Part shown: positions 1 to 9,374 of the stretch, piece after piece
Layout: each line of letters opens with the position of its first letter
How positions within the stretch are numbered: the first letter of the stretch is position 1
NCBI GenBank assembly: GCA_965116905.1
Contig: OZ220732.1
Span: 1,824,001 to 1,888,000, forward strand
Length of the DNA: 64,000 bases
Origin: Longimicrobiales bacterium
GTDB lineage: Bacteria > Gemmatimonadota > Gemmatimonadetes > Longimicrobiales > Gaopeijiaceae
Reading direction: 5' to 3'
Program-made: the position numbers and the translations under genes
The notes under the pieces: model-generated
The model's database searches: none
The model's input: only the letters and a program-made list of their open reading frames with translations
Told to the model about the DNA's origin: nothing

Positions 1-682
1 CGCGGGGCTGGGCGTGAAGGTCATCCAGCTCACCTACAACGGCGCGAACCAGCTCGGTCACGGATCGATGGTGCCCGAGAACGGGGGGCTCACCGACTTC
101 GGGCGAGATGTCGTCGCCGAGCTCAATGCGACGAGGACTCTGGTGGACCTCAGCCACAGCGGTGAGCAGACCTGTCTGGACGGCATCGAGGCGTCCAGCG
201 CGCCCGTGGCGATCACCCACACGGGCTGCCGGGCCGTGACGGACCTGCCACGCAACAAGACGGACCGGGAACTCCGCCTGGTGGCCGACGGCGGCGGATT
301 CGTCGGGATCTATTTCATGCCCTTCCTCGCGGCCGATGGAATGGCTGTGGCGGACGACGTGGTGCGGCACATCGAGCACGCCGTGCAGGTGTGCGGCGAG
401 GAACACGTCGGCATCGGGACCGACGGGGGCACGACGGCGCACGACGACATGGACGCGGCGTACGAGGCGGCGCGCAGGGATGTCGAGGCGCGGCGGGCAG
501 CGGGGATCGGCGCGGCGGGCGAACGGGCCGGGGTCGTGCCGTTCATCCCCGACCTGCAGGGCCCGGACCAGTTCCGGAAGCTTGCGGGCATGCTGCGGGC
601 GCGGGGCCACACGGCAGAGCGCGTCGAGAGAATCCTGGGGCTCAACGCGTTGCGCGTCGTGCGCGAGGTGTGGGGCGCGTAG
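1..682 (+). CDS. Membrane dipeptidase (peptidase M19), 5' truncated by the window edge
   Basis: Motifs QLTYN, GLTDFG, VDLSH, ITHTG, RNKTD and HVGIGTD of renal-dipeptidase-family enzymes. Confidence 0.85.
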   Translation, partial: AGLGVKVIQLTYNGANQLGHGSMVPENGGLTDFGRDVVAELNATRTLVDLSHSGEQTCLDGIEASSAPVAITHTGCRAVTDLPRNKTDRELRLVADGGGFVGIYFMPFLAADGMAVADDVVRHIEHAVQVCGEEHVGIGTDGGTTAHDDMDAAYEAARRDVEARRAAGIGAAGERAGVVPFIPDLQGPDQFRKLAGMLRARGHTAERVERILGLNALRVVREVWGA

Positions 683-730
683 CGGGATCGGTGAGGGTGC
701 GGCGGCACTGGCCCGCTACTGGTCCGCGCC

Positions 731-797
731 ACTGAAATAACGATTGGACGCTCTTTCAGTATCGATTGGACGCTGATACGATAGACAATCGGACGCT
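731..797. promoter_or_regulatory. Direct repeats and an inverted repeat upstream of the DUF4143 ATPase
   Basis: CGATTGGACGCT at 741-752 and 763-774, AATCGGACGCT at 787-797; ACTGAAA (731-737) pairs with TTTCAGT (754-760). Confidence 0.55.
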
Positions 798-2094
798 GCG
801 TACCCGTGATCCACGTCCTCCATGTCGCGCGCGACCCTCCACACCGAAAGAGAGACCGGTCATCGTCCAGTTTCCACGCTACACCACCCGCCTTGTCGAG
901 GAGGCGCTGACCGACACTCCCGTGGTTTTCGTCATGGGGGCGCGCCAGGTCGGAAAGACCACCCTGGTCCGGGACCTGATCGACGACGCGTGGGAGTACA
1001 TCACCTTCGATGATCTGGCCCAGGCCGAAGTGGCGCGAGCGGACCCGGTGGGCTTCATCCGCAATCTTCCTGCAAAGCGAATCGCCCTTGATGAGGTGCA
1101 GCGGGTGCCCGATACCCTCGTCGCGATCAAGCGGGCCGTGGATGAGAATCGGTCCCCAGGCCGCTTTCTGCTTACCGGCTCCGCCAATGCGCTGCTGCTC
1201 CCCAGAGTCTCTGATGCGCTCGTGGGCAGGATGGAAGCTGTGCGCCTCACTACCCTGTCGGAGTGTGAGATCATCGGTCGCAGGCCTGCGTTTCTGGAGA
1301 CCCTGCTCAACGGTGAGGCCCCGACCGCGGAGGATGTCCGGGTCAGGGATCACCTGGTGCGACGCGTCGTGACAGGTTGCTTTCCGGAGCCGCTGCTCAG
1401 GGGGAGTGAGAAGCGGGGACACGCGTGGCATCGGCAGTATCTCAACACGCTGATTCAGCGCGACCTGAGCGATCTGCAGCGGATTGGCAATGTCGAGGCG
1501 ATATCCAGACTCCTCCGCTTCACCGCCGTCCTCTCCGGCCAGCTCGTCAACCTTGCGGATCTGGGCGGGAAGCTGGGGCTCAACCGTGTAACTGCCGGCA
1601 AATACCTCGCGCTATTGGAACAACTCTTTCTGATCGAGCGCCTGCCCGCATGGCACGCCAGCGAGTACCGGCGGTTGGTGAAGACGCCGAAGATCCACGC
1701 AGTCGACACCGGAATGATGTGCGCGCTGCGAGGGATCACCGGTCGCAGGCTGCTTCGCAACCCCGTGGAACTGGGGTCGCTTCTGGAGTCTTTCGTGTAC
1801 AACGAGCTGCGAAAGCAGGCCCTGTGGACGGATGGCCCGCTCACCTTCAATCACTATCGGGACAAGGACCAGGTTGAGGTCGACCTGGTGATCGAGGATG
1901 CTGCAGGGGACTGCTACGGGGTGGAGGTCAAGGCGGCGGCCTCGCTTCGCGCGCAGGATTTCACCGGCCTCAGGCGGTTGCGCCGAATCGCGGGCGATCG
2001 ATTGCGCATGGGCGTCCTCCTCTACGACGGTGATCACACCACGGCGTTCGGCGACCGGCTTTTCGCGGTGCCGATCGGTGCGTTGTGGAGTTGA
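766..2094 (+). CDS. AAA_14 ATPase with DUF4143 and a C-terminal PD-(D/E)XK-like domain; start codon uncertain
   Basis: Walker A GARQVGKT, Walker B ALDEVQ, LTGS, KTPKIHAVDTG and EVDLVIE...GVEVK. Confidence 0.85.
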   Translation: MDADTIDNRTLRTRDPRPPCRARPSTPKERPVIVQFPRYTTRLVEEALTDTPVVFVMGARQVGKTTLVRDLIDDAWEYITFDDLAQAEVARADPVGFIRNLPAKRIALDEVQRVPDTLVAIKRAVDENRSPGRFLLTGSANALLLPRVSDALVGRMEAVRLTTLSECEIIGRRPAFLETLLNGEAPTAEDVRVRDHLVRRVVTGCFPEPLLRGSEKRGHAWHRQYLNTLIQRDLSDLQRIGNVEAISRLLRFTAVLSGQLVNLADLGGKLGLNRVTAGKYLALLEQLFLIERLPAWHASEYRRLVKTPKIHAVDTGMMCALRGITGRRLLRNPVELGSLLESFVYNELRKQALWTDGPLTFNHYRDKDQVEVDLVIEDAAGDCYGVEVKAAASLRAQDFTGLRRLRRIAGDRLRMGVLLYDGDHTTAFGDRLFAVPIGALWS

Positions 2095-2095
2095 C

Positions 2096-2860
2096 GTGTA
2101 CGCGGGACTGACCGTCGGTGTGGTGGTCCCGGCGAGGGACGAGGCGCAGAACATCGGGGCCGTCGTTGCCGACCTGCTTGCGCTGCGGGACGAACACGGC
2201 GCGCCCGTGGTCGACCATTTCGTCGTGTGCGACAACGGATCGACCGACGCGACTGCGGACCGTGCGCGCGAAGCGGGGGCGCGGACCGTGCGACAGGAGA
2301 CACCGGGGTACGGACTGGCGTGTCTGACCGCCCTTGCGGCCCTCGATCCGGTCGACGTGGTGCTCTTCACGGACGGCGACCGGTCCTTCGAGGCCGTGCA
2401 GGGGCTGAGACTGCTCGAAGCCGTCGCCGGCGGGGCCGATCTGGCCATTGGCTCGCGAGCGTTGGGCCGGAGGGAGCCGGGCGCCCTGTCGCTGCCGCAG
2501 ATTGCCGGCAACCGGGTGGCCGGCCTGCTGATCCGTCTCCTGTGGGGAGTGGCGGTCACCGACCTCGGTCCCTACCGCGCGATTCGCGCCGATGCGCTGC
2601 GGCGCCTCGACATGCAGGACCGCACGTACGGCTGGACGGTCGAGATGCAGATCAAGGCCATCCAGAACCGGTTGTGCGTCGCCGAGGTGCCCGTGGACGC
2701 CCTGCGGCGCCGCTTCGGCCGCTCGAAGGTCGGAGGCACCGTGCGGGGCGTCGTCGGTGCCAGCGTGGGGATCCTGTCGATGATCGCGCGGCTCCGCTGG
2801 CGGGAGGTCCGTCTCGGGCCAGGGGTGCCAGCCGGCGGTGCTGGACCGCCCTCGGGGTGA
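2096..2860 (+). CDS. Glycosyltransferase family 2
   Basis: VVVPARDE, DNGSTD, FTDGD and DLGPYRAI motifs; GTG start just after the ATPase stop. Confidence 0.85.
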   Translation: MYAGLTVGVVVPARDEAQNIGAVVADLLALRDEHGAPVVDHFVVCDNGSTDATADRAREAGARTVRQETPGYGLACLTALAALDPVDVVLFTDGDRSFEAVQGLRLLEAVAGGADLAIGSRALGRREPGALSLPQIAGNRVAGLLIRLLWGVAVTDLGPYRAIRADALRRLDMQDRTYGWTVEMQIKAIQNRLCVAEVPVDALRRRFGRSKVGGTVRGVVGASVGILSMIARLRWREVRLGPGVPAGGAGPPSG

Positions 2861-2913
2861 CAACCGTGCCGGCCGGGGAGGGTGTCGATAGGGAAAGAGA
2901 CACAGGAGTCGGC

Positions 2914-4143
2914 ATGGCAAGACGGGGACGAATCCGGTCGGTTGTGGCCGCCATCCCGGGCGCGGTCATCGCCGTCGCCGCCTGCGGTCAAGGCACGCCG
3001 AGCCGGGCGGACGCGACCTTCGCCGTCGACAGCGCGGGCATCGAGATCGTCACCAGCGACCCGCTGCCTGCCGGCGCACGATGCATCCTCGGCGACCAAC
3101 CGATCCTGTCCATCGGCGAACTCGATGGTGAGGACCCCTACCTGTTCCATCAGATTCGCGATGCCGCCCGCCTCTCGGACGGGTCGGTGGCGGTTGTGGA
3201 CGGATCCAGCCGAGAGGTCCGCATCTTCAGCGGCACCGGTGAGCACCTACAGTCAATGGGTGGTCCTGGCGAGGGCCCCGGCGAGTTCCGCGGGCCGTGG
3301 CTCTTGTGGGTGTTGCCGGGCGACACCCTCTGGGTTGGGGACTACATGCCGTGGCGCTTCAACGTCTTCTCCCGGACGGGCGAGTTCAGCCGCGCGGTGC
3401 AGCCGGTTCCCTACCCACTGCACGCGTTTGTGCGTGGCGGCGTGCTACGGAATGGAACGTCGATCAACGTCACGCAGGCTATGGCGGCACCTGGAACCGA
3501 AGAGACGACGCTGCTTGCGCTGGCGCACGGCCCGGACGGGGCCCTGATCGACACCGTGGCCTCGCTTCCGGGGTCGCGTTTCGAATCGGTGACCGAGCTC
3601 CCCGGGCTCTTCCTCATGCCTGTTTTCCAGGCCAGTTCGGTGGTCGCGGCTCGCGAGGTCACGATCGCCATGACCAGCGCCCGGAATCCCGAGGTTCACG
3701 TGCTCGATACGGAGTTCCGACTGCGCCGGATCGTACGCTGGCTGGAGCCCGACAGGGATGTGACGGACCGGCACGTCCAGGCTTTCCGCGAGGACTACGT
3801 GGCGGGGCGCGGGGGTCGGGACGGCCCGGGCTGGAGCGCGGCGGACGAAGCCTCCATCGGCGACTCCCGCGCCGTCGCCGAGCGCTTCCCCACCGCATCG
3901 GACCTCATGCTCGGCGGTGACGGTCGCCTGTGGGTGAAGCGTTTCGTCCGGCCGCGTGAGGAGCCGGAGTGGCTGGCATTTGGTCCGCACGGCGGCTTCG
4001 TCTGTCGTTTCACGCCCGGATCCGGTCTGACGCCGTACGAATTCGGCTCCGACTACGTTCTGGGGCTCCGCATCGATGACCTGGGCACGGAGCGCGTGCT
4101 GATGTACCGGTTGGACCCTCCAGACAACCGGATCGGCGACTGA
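2914..4143 (+). CDS. Six-bladed beta-propeller lipoprotein
   Basis: Lipobox VAAC, GGPGEGPGEF motif, C-terminal DDLGTERV; AGGAG RBS upstream. Confidence 0.7.
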   Translation: MARRGRIRSVVAAIPGAVIAVAACGQGTPSRADATFAVDSAGIEIVTSDPLPAGARCILGDQPILSIGELDGEDPYLFHQIRDAARLSDGSVAVVDGSSREVRIFSGTGEHLQSMGGPGEGPGEFRGPWLLWVLPGDTLWVGDYMPWRFNVFSRTGEFSRAVQPVPYPLHAFVRGGVLRNGTSINVTQAMAAPGTEETTLLALAHGPDGALIDTVASLPGSRFESVTELPGLFLMPVFQASSVVAAREVTIAMTSARNPEVHVLDTEFRLRRIVRWLEPDRDVTDRHVQAFREDYVAGRGGRDGPGWSAADEASIGDSRAVAERFPTASDLMLGGDGRLWVKRFVRPREEPEWLAFGPHGGFVCRFTPGSGLTPYEFGSDYVLGLRIDDLGTERVLMYRLDPPDNRIGD

Positions 4144-4170
4144 TCGCGACCCACCCCGGCGGGCGCGGGG

Positions 4171-4950
4171 CTACCGCAGCAGCTCGGGCAGCACTTCACC
4201 CGCCTTGCCCCGCAGCGCCACCGCGGCGGCCCCGGTCAGTGCGGTCTCCTCGGTGTTGACCTCGATGATGCGGCCTCCTGCCCGGAGCGTGGCCAACGGG
4301 ATCGCCGCGGCCGGGTAGACCACCGCGCTGGTCCCGATCACGAGGCATAGATCCGCCCGTTCAGCCATGGACTGGGCGCGGGCGAGCACATCCGGATCCA
4401 GCATCTCGCCGAAGAGCACCACGTCGGGGCGGCGGAGCCCGCCGCAGTCCGCGCAGCGCGGGAGGGAGTCGCCCAGCGGCTCGGCCTCCGCGCGGGCGCC
4501 GCAATGGTTGCACCGGTCACGCGCAATCGCGCCGTGAATCTCGACCGGCAGTGCGGCGTCCGGCGGCCTGTCGCCCGCCTCCTCACGTGCGGCCCTGGTG
4601 TGGAGCCCGTCGACGTTCTGGGTCACCAGCCCGGCGACGCCCCGCCGCAGGAAGAAGCGCGCCAGCGCGCGGTGGCCGTCGTTGGGCACGCAGGTCCCCA
4701 GGAAGCTTCGGCGCCAGGCGTACCACTGCCACACCGTGTCGGGGTCGCGCTCGAAGGCGTCGATCGTCGCGAGTTCCTCCGGCCGGTAGTTGCGCCACAG
4801 GCCGCCGTGCCCCCGAAACGTCGGCACGCCCGATTCGGCGGAGATGCCCGCACCCGTCATGGCGACCACGCGCTCAGAATCGGCCACCAGCCTCCGGGCC
4901 TCGCCCGCACGCGCGCCCACGGCGCTTCCCCCACCTGCGTTTCCTGCCAT
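4171..4950 (-). CDS. cobB: NAD-dependent protein deacylase (sirtuin, class III)
   Basis: TGAGISAESGVPTFRG, TQNVDGLH, EIHG, two CxxC Zn motifs, GTSAVVYPAA; YxxR motif (WYAWRR) of desuccinylases. Confidence 0.9.
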   Translation of the reverse strand: MAGNAGGGSAVGARAGEARRLVADSERVVAMTGAGISAESGVPTFRGHGGLWRNYRPEELATIDAFERDPDTVWQWYAWRRSFLGTCVPNDGHRALARFFLRRGVAGLVTQNVDGLHTRAAREEAGDRPPDAALPVEIHGAIARDRCNHCGARAEAEPLGDSLPRCADCGGLRRPDVVLFGEMLDPDVLARAQSMAERADLCLVIGTSAVVYPAAAIPLATLRAGGRIIEVNTEETALTGAAAVALRGKAGEVLPELLR

Positions 4951-5052
4951 ATTTCTCGCTTCCGTAATCCAATCGCGGTTCGGCCGTATCTCGCCCTGTC
5001 TCCCGGACCCAATCGGGCCCAACCCCACCCGCCACCATGGGAACCCAAGCAC

Positions 5053-6324
5053 ATGCACGACGAAACCATTGCCATTCATCTGGGCTACGACTCGGAACCT
5101 ACGACGCACGCCGTTGCCGTGCCCGTCTACCAGACCGTCGCCTATGAGTTCGACGACGCCCAGCACGGCGCCGACCTCTTCAACCTTGCTGTCCCCGGCA
5201 ACATCTACACCCGCATCATGAACCCCACGCAGGCCGTGCTCGAGGAGCGGGTCGCGCGGCTCGAGAAGGGCGTCGCGGCGCTGGCCCTCTCATCCGGCAG
5301 CGCGGCGGTCAACTACTCGATCCTCAACCTGGCCAGGGCCGGCGACAACATCGTCTCGGTGCCCCAGCTCTACGGCGGCACCTACACCCTCTTCGCGCAC
5401 ATGCTGCCCCAGCAGGGCATCGACGTGCGCTTCGCCGAGGGCGACTCCCCCGACGATCTGGCCCGGCTCATCGACGATCGCACGAAGGCGATCTTCTGCG
5501 AAAGCATCGGCAACCCCGCCGGCAACATCGTGGATCTGGCCGCCGTGGCCGAGATGGCGCGGTCCCACGGCATCGCGACCATCGTCGACAACACGGTTGC
5601 CACCCCCGCGCTTCTCAAGCCCGTCGAGCACGGCTTCGACATCATCGTCCACTCCCTGACCAAGTACATGGGCGGACACGGCAGTTCGCTGGGCGGCGCC
5701 ATCGTCGATTCGGGCAACTTCCCGTGGGCGGAGACCAACGGACGCTACCCGATGTTCACCACTCCCGAGCCCAGCTACCACGGCGTCGTCTACACCGAAG
5801 CGCTGGGTCCGGCGGCCTATATCGGCCGGGCGCGCACGGTCCCGCTGCGCAACACGGGTTCGGCGATCTCCCCGTTCAACGCCTTCCAGATCATGCAGGG
5901 CATCGAGACGCTGAACCTGCGCATGGAGCGCCACTGCGCCAACGCGCTCGCCGTGGCGAAGCACCTGCAGGCCCACCCGAAGGTCGAATGGGTGAGCTAC
6001 GCGGGCCTGCCCGGGGATCCGTACCACGATCTGGCCGTCCGGTACCTGGGCGGACAGGCGTCGGGGATCCTCACCTTCGGCGTGAAGGGCGGCTTCGAGG
6101 CCGGCGTCCGCTTCTACGACGCGCTGCAGCTCTTCAAGCGGCTGGTCAACATCGGCGACGCCAAGTCGCTGGCCTGCCACCCGGCTTCCACCACGCACCG
6201 GCAGCTCACCGAAGAGGAGCAGCTGAGCGTGGGCGTGCGGCCGGAGACCATCCGGCTGTCGGTCGGGATCGAGCACATCGACGACATCGTCGAGGACCTC
6301 GACCAGGCGCTGGCCGCAGGCTAG
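5053..6324 (+). CDS. metY: O-acetylhomoserine aminocarboxypropyltransferase (sulfhydrylase)
   Basis: IYTRIMNPT, PLP lysine in HSLTKYMGGHG, NIGDAKSL and IRLSVGIE. Confidence 0.9.
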   Translation: MHDETIAIHLGYDSEPTTHAVAVPVYQTVAYEFDDAQHGADLFNLAVPGNIYTRIMNPTQAVLEERVARLEKGVAALALSSGSAAVNYSILNLARAGDNIVSVPQLYGGTYTLFAHMLPQQGIDVRFAEGDSPDDLARLIDDRTKAIFCESIGNPAGNIVDLAAVAEMARSHGIATIVDNTVATPALLKPVEHGFDIIVHSLTKYMGGHGSSLGGAIVDSGNFPWAETNGRYPMFTTPEPSYHGVVYTEALGPAAYIGRARTVPLRNTGSAISPFNAFQIMQGIETLNLRMERHCANALAVAKHLQAHPKVEWVSYAGLPGDPYHDLAVRYLGGQASGILTFGVKGGFEAGVRFYDALQLFKRLVNIGDAKSLACHPASTTHRQLTEEEQLSVGVRPETIRLSVGIEHIDDIVEDLDQALAAG

Positions 6325-6360
6325 CCGGCTCGCCAGGGTGAGTCAGGCACCGTCCTGCAG

Positions 6361-6398
6361 CGGCCCGTGGCGTCGCGAATCCGCTTCGCCACGGGCCG
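6361..6398. terminator. GC-rich hairpin between convergent genes
   Basis: Perfect 12-bp inverted repeat CGGCCCGTGGCG (6361-6372) / CGCCACGGGCCG (6387-6398); no U-tract. Confidence 0.5.
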
Positions 6399-6414
6399 GT
6401 ACTCGCGCCGTGGG

Positions 6415-7530
6415 TCAGTTCCCCGAACGCACGTACTTCGTCAGTCCGCCGCCGGCGGCGGCCAGCGAGATCGGCCCCTCCGCGGCGTATACGTTGCCTT
6501 CCCAGTCGGCCGCGACGCCCTCGCCGGCGAAGCCGTGCGGACGCTCGTCGGAGATGGCGTGCGGCGGAATGAACCCGGTGACCCGGTCCTCCGACGCGTG
6601 GCCGATCCGGATCCCGGTCATCCAGCCCTCGTGGTTGTTCGGGTTGGACTCGGAGTCGATCGCGTACAGGTTGTCGTCCGCGTCGATAAACAGCCCGCTG
6701 ATGCGGCTGAACTGGTAGTACGAGTCCAGGTGGTTGCCGTCCTGGTCGAAGATCTGGATGCGGTGGTTCCCGCGGTCCGCCACGAAGAGGCGGCCCTGCG
6801 AGTCGAAGGCCATGCCGTGCGGGGTGCGGAACTCGCCCGGACCGTCGCCGATCTGGCCCCACTCCATGATGTACTCGCCCTCCGGCGAGAACTTGATGAT
6901 GCGCCCGGTCGATCCCTCGGGGGGGTTGGCGTTCTGCCCGCTGTGCCCGTCCGAGACGAAGATGTCCCCGTTCGGGGCCGTGATCACGTCGCAGGGCTCG
7001 TTGAAAAAGCCGGGTTCGATGCCCCGCCTCCCCGCCCGTCCCAGGGTCAACAGCACTTCGCCTTCCGGGCTGAACTTGATGACCTGGTGACCCTTGTCCA
7101 CCGTACCCATCGAGTCGGTGACCCAGACGTTGCCGTCCGCGTCCACGTGGATCCCGTGCGGCAGCACGAAGAATCCCGCACCGAAGCTGGCCAGGATCTC
7201 GCCGGTCTCACGGTGAAACTTGAAGATCGGATCGACCAGGGTTTCGGCGCATCCGCCGGCCAGCCCCACTCCGCCGCAACGGTCGTAGGCCCATATGTGA
7301 CCGTCGGTCGGATCGATGTCGACCCCGGCCGTCGAGCCCCATTCGCGTCCGTCGGGAAGGTCGACCCAGTCTGCCATCACCTCGGACGCCGGGTTCGGCA
7401 GGCCAGCCATGGCGGGGTCCGGAATGGCGGTCGGATCGGCTGCCGGCGCGTCCTGTTCCTCGGCGCTTTCGTATGCGCAGCCTGCGGCCAGCGTCAGGCC
7501 CAGGATCCAGAAATACGTTTGCTTCCTCAT
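6415..7530 (-). CDS. NHL-repeat lipoprotein (peptidyl-alpha-hydroxyglycine lyase-like)
   Basis: Lipobox LAAGC; NHL repeats PHGIHVD.DGNVWVTD and PHGMAFDSQGRLFVADRGNHRIQIF. Confidence 0.85.
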   Translation of the reverse strand: MRKQTYFWILGLTLAAGCAYESAEEQDAPAADPTAIPDPAMAGLPNPASEVMADWVDLPDGREWGSTAGVDIDPTDGHIWAYDRCGGVGLAGGCAETLVDPIFKFHRETGEILASFGAGFFVLPHGIHVDADGNVWVTDSMGTVDKGHQVIKFSPEGEVLLTLGRAGRRGIEPGFFNEPCDVITAPNGDIFVSDGHSGQNANPPEGSTGRIIKFSPEGEYIMEWGQIGDGPGEFRTPHGMAFDSQGRLFVADRGNHRIQIFDQDGNHLDSYYQFSRISGLFIDADDNLYAIDSESNPNNHEGWMTGIRIGHASEDRVTGFIPPHAISDERPHGFAGEGVAADWEGNVYAAEGPISLAAAGGGLTKYVRSGN

Positions 7531-7640
7531 GTCTCTCTCCCTGTTATTGGGCAGGCTGTTGGCGCTATTGTCGGCATGCGTCTGCAGCCATGCTGGCCCG
7601 CACGCGGTCGGGAGTCAAGCGGGGAGGAGGGTGTTGCCAA

Positions 7641-8072
7641 ATGATTCAGTTGCCGCGTCGTGGCTTCACTCCGTGGATCCACAGGCGGGCTGTCCTCCTC
7701 ACGGCTGTCGCCCTGTCCTCCGCATGCGGGAACGGCCCGGCCGAGCCGGAGAATCCCACGGTCACCGGCAACTGGGTCGGAACAGGCGTCTCGGCCGGTG
7801 CCCTTGAGGAATGGAGTTTCACCCTGGAGGAGGCTTCCGGCGGGAGCGTCACTGGGTCGTTCGTCCTCCGTGTCGAGAGGCTGGTGTTTTCCGGCACCCT
7901 CACCGGTACCCACGAATACCCCGCGTTGTCCCTCGCACTGAACATGACCTTCTTTGGGCAGATCGTGTCCGGCACGTACGAGGGACAGCTGACCTCGCCC
8001 GAGAGCATCGAAGGGGAGTATCAGCTCGTGGAGGATCCACAGACGCTGGATCTGGCACGGCTTGGCGCGTGA
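7641..8072 (+). CDS. Hypothetical lipoprotein
   Basis: GGAGGAGG RBS, lipobox SSAC, beta-rich mature region. Confidence 0.6.
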   Translation: MIQLPRRGFTPWIHRRAVLLTAVALSSACGNGPAEPENPTVTGNWVGTGVSAGALEEWSFTLEEASGGSVTGSFVLRVERLVFSGTLTGTHEYPALSLALNMTFFGQIVSGTYEGQLTSPESIEGEYQLVEDPQTLDLARLGA

Positions 8073-8113
8073 CCGCCGCAGAGGGCGGGGGGATTCTGTC
8101 CACGGGCTCCTTG

Positions 8114-9283
8114 CTACGGCAGCCGATACCGCTCCAGATACGCGAGGTCCACTTCGTCATAGGTGACGATATAGACATGCGCAAGGCCGAACCCCGCCAC
8201 GGTCCGGTCGCCCTCCAGGGTCAGCGCCCTGACCCGTTGTCCCGCGCGGTCGAACAGGTCGTAACGGGTACCGCTGTCCGCAGGCAGGTGCCGGCGAACC
8301 CAGGCCCGGCCGAGCGGGTCCACGCGCACCGCCGCGTTGTGAAAGGCCGGCTTCACGTCGTGCCAGGTGTAGTCGTCGTAGTCGACCTCTTCGTCGGGTG
8401 GCCCGAATCCGCCGCGCGAGAAGTTGGTGGTCCTGGTGCCGTCCTCGCGCACTTCCGAATCCATGGAAATCCCGCCGTGCCGTTGCGCGGCTCGCAGGTC
8501 CCCCGCCATATCGGCCCTGGTGACGGGCACGGGTGCGTACGGAATGGTGTCGCCGTAGGTCACGACACCGTTCGGCGCGACCCAGTTCACGCCATAGTGC
8601 GCGGCACGGGCAATGACGATCGATCCGTCCGGGGCCACGCCCCATGCGTCCTGGGGTGACAGTCGAATCGGAATGACGTAGGTGCCGTCGTCGGTTTCGG
8701 TGATCTCGTATTCGCGCAGCCTGTATCTGGCTACGGTGTCCACCGCCGCGGTAGTCAGACCCACCCGCAGAATCGCCCCGCTGTCCGGTGGCGGATAGCC
8801 TCCCAGCACGGATACGAAGGCGTCGCCCTCCGCGTCGACGGCGTCGGGCAGAACCATGACCGGCGCATCGTCCCCGGCGAAGGTCGCGATCGGGCGCATC
8901 GCGCCGAACACGAGATCCGGCCCGATGCGCACCAGGCGTGCATTGCCCAGGTCCACGAGGAGAATGGAGTCGCCCTGGAACGGCCAGACGGCGTCCGGCT
9001 GCAGGTATTCGCCCGGCCCCTGACCCAGACCACCGGCCACGTTGCGCGTACCCTTGTCCATGTCGACGCGGTAGAGGGCCTTCCCCAACGGGTCGGGCAC
9101 AAGAACATGACCGTCCGGAAGTTCGACGACGGTGTGCACATAGCCGAAGTCGCCGGGAAACACCGCGTCGGGTCCACCGAGCGGTTCGGGCTGTGGGTAG
9201 TCGTCCGTGCCTCCGCCTCGAGCGTCCGAATCGCCGCAGGCGGGCACGAAGAACGCCACGGCGACCGCCCACGCATGCCTCAT
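8114..9283 (-). CDS. Beta-propeller lipoprotein
   Basis: Lipobox VPAC, GQGPGEY motif, C-terminal VDPLGRAWV...YLERY; AGGGAG RBS. Confidence 0.7.
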   Translation of the reverse strand: MRHAWAVAVAFFVPACGDSDARGGGTDDYPQPEPLGGPDAVFPGDFGYVHTVVELPDGHVLVPDPLGKALYRVDMDKGTRNVAGGLGQGPGEYLQPDAVWPFQGDSILLVDLGNARLVRIGPDLVFGAMRPIATFAGDDAPVMVLPDAVDAEGDAFVSVLGGYPPPDSGAILRVGLTTAAVDTVARYRLREYEITETDDGTYVIPIRLSPQDAWGVAPDGSIVIARAAHYGVNWVAPNGVVTYGDTIPYAPVPVTRADMAGDLRAAQRHGGISMDSEVREDGTRTTNFSRGGFGPPDEEVDYDDYTWHDVKPAFHNAAVRVDPLGRAWVRRHLPADSGTRYDLFDRAGQRVRALTLEGDRTVAGFGLAHVYIVTYDEVDLAYLERYRLP

Positions 9284-9374
9284 TCCACGGCACTCCCTGT
9301 TAGAGTTAGACCGTTGCTTCCGCATGTCCGCGGTGATTGTCCATATCCACCATTACGCGGAGCATACCGGCTCG

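Noticed and set aside
731..797. CRISPR array (also considered 51376-51464 and the 41205/42019 repeats)
   Set aside because: Repeats are too short, too few or too widely spaced, and there are no cas genes.
4951..5052. SAM riboswitch upstream of metY
   Set aside because: Short divergent intergenic region with no SAM-I or SAM-II consensus that I could recognise.
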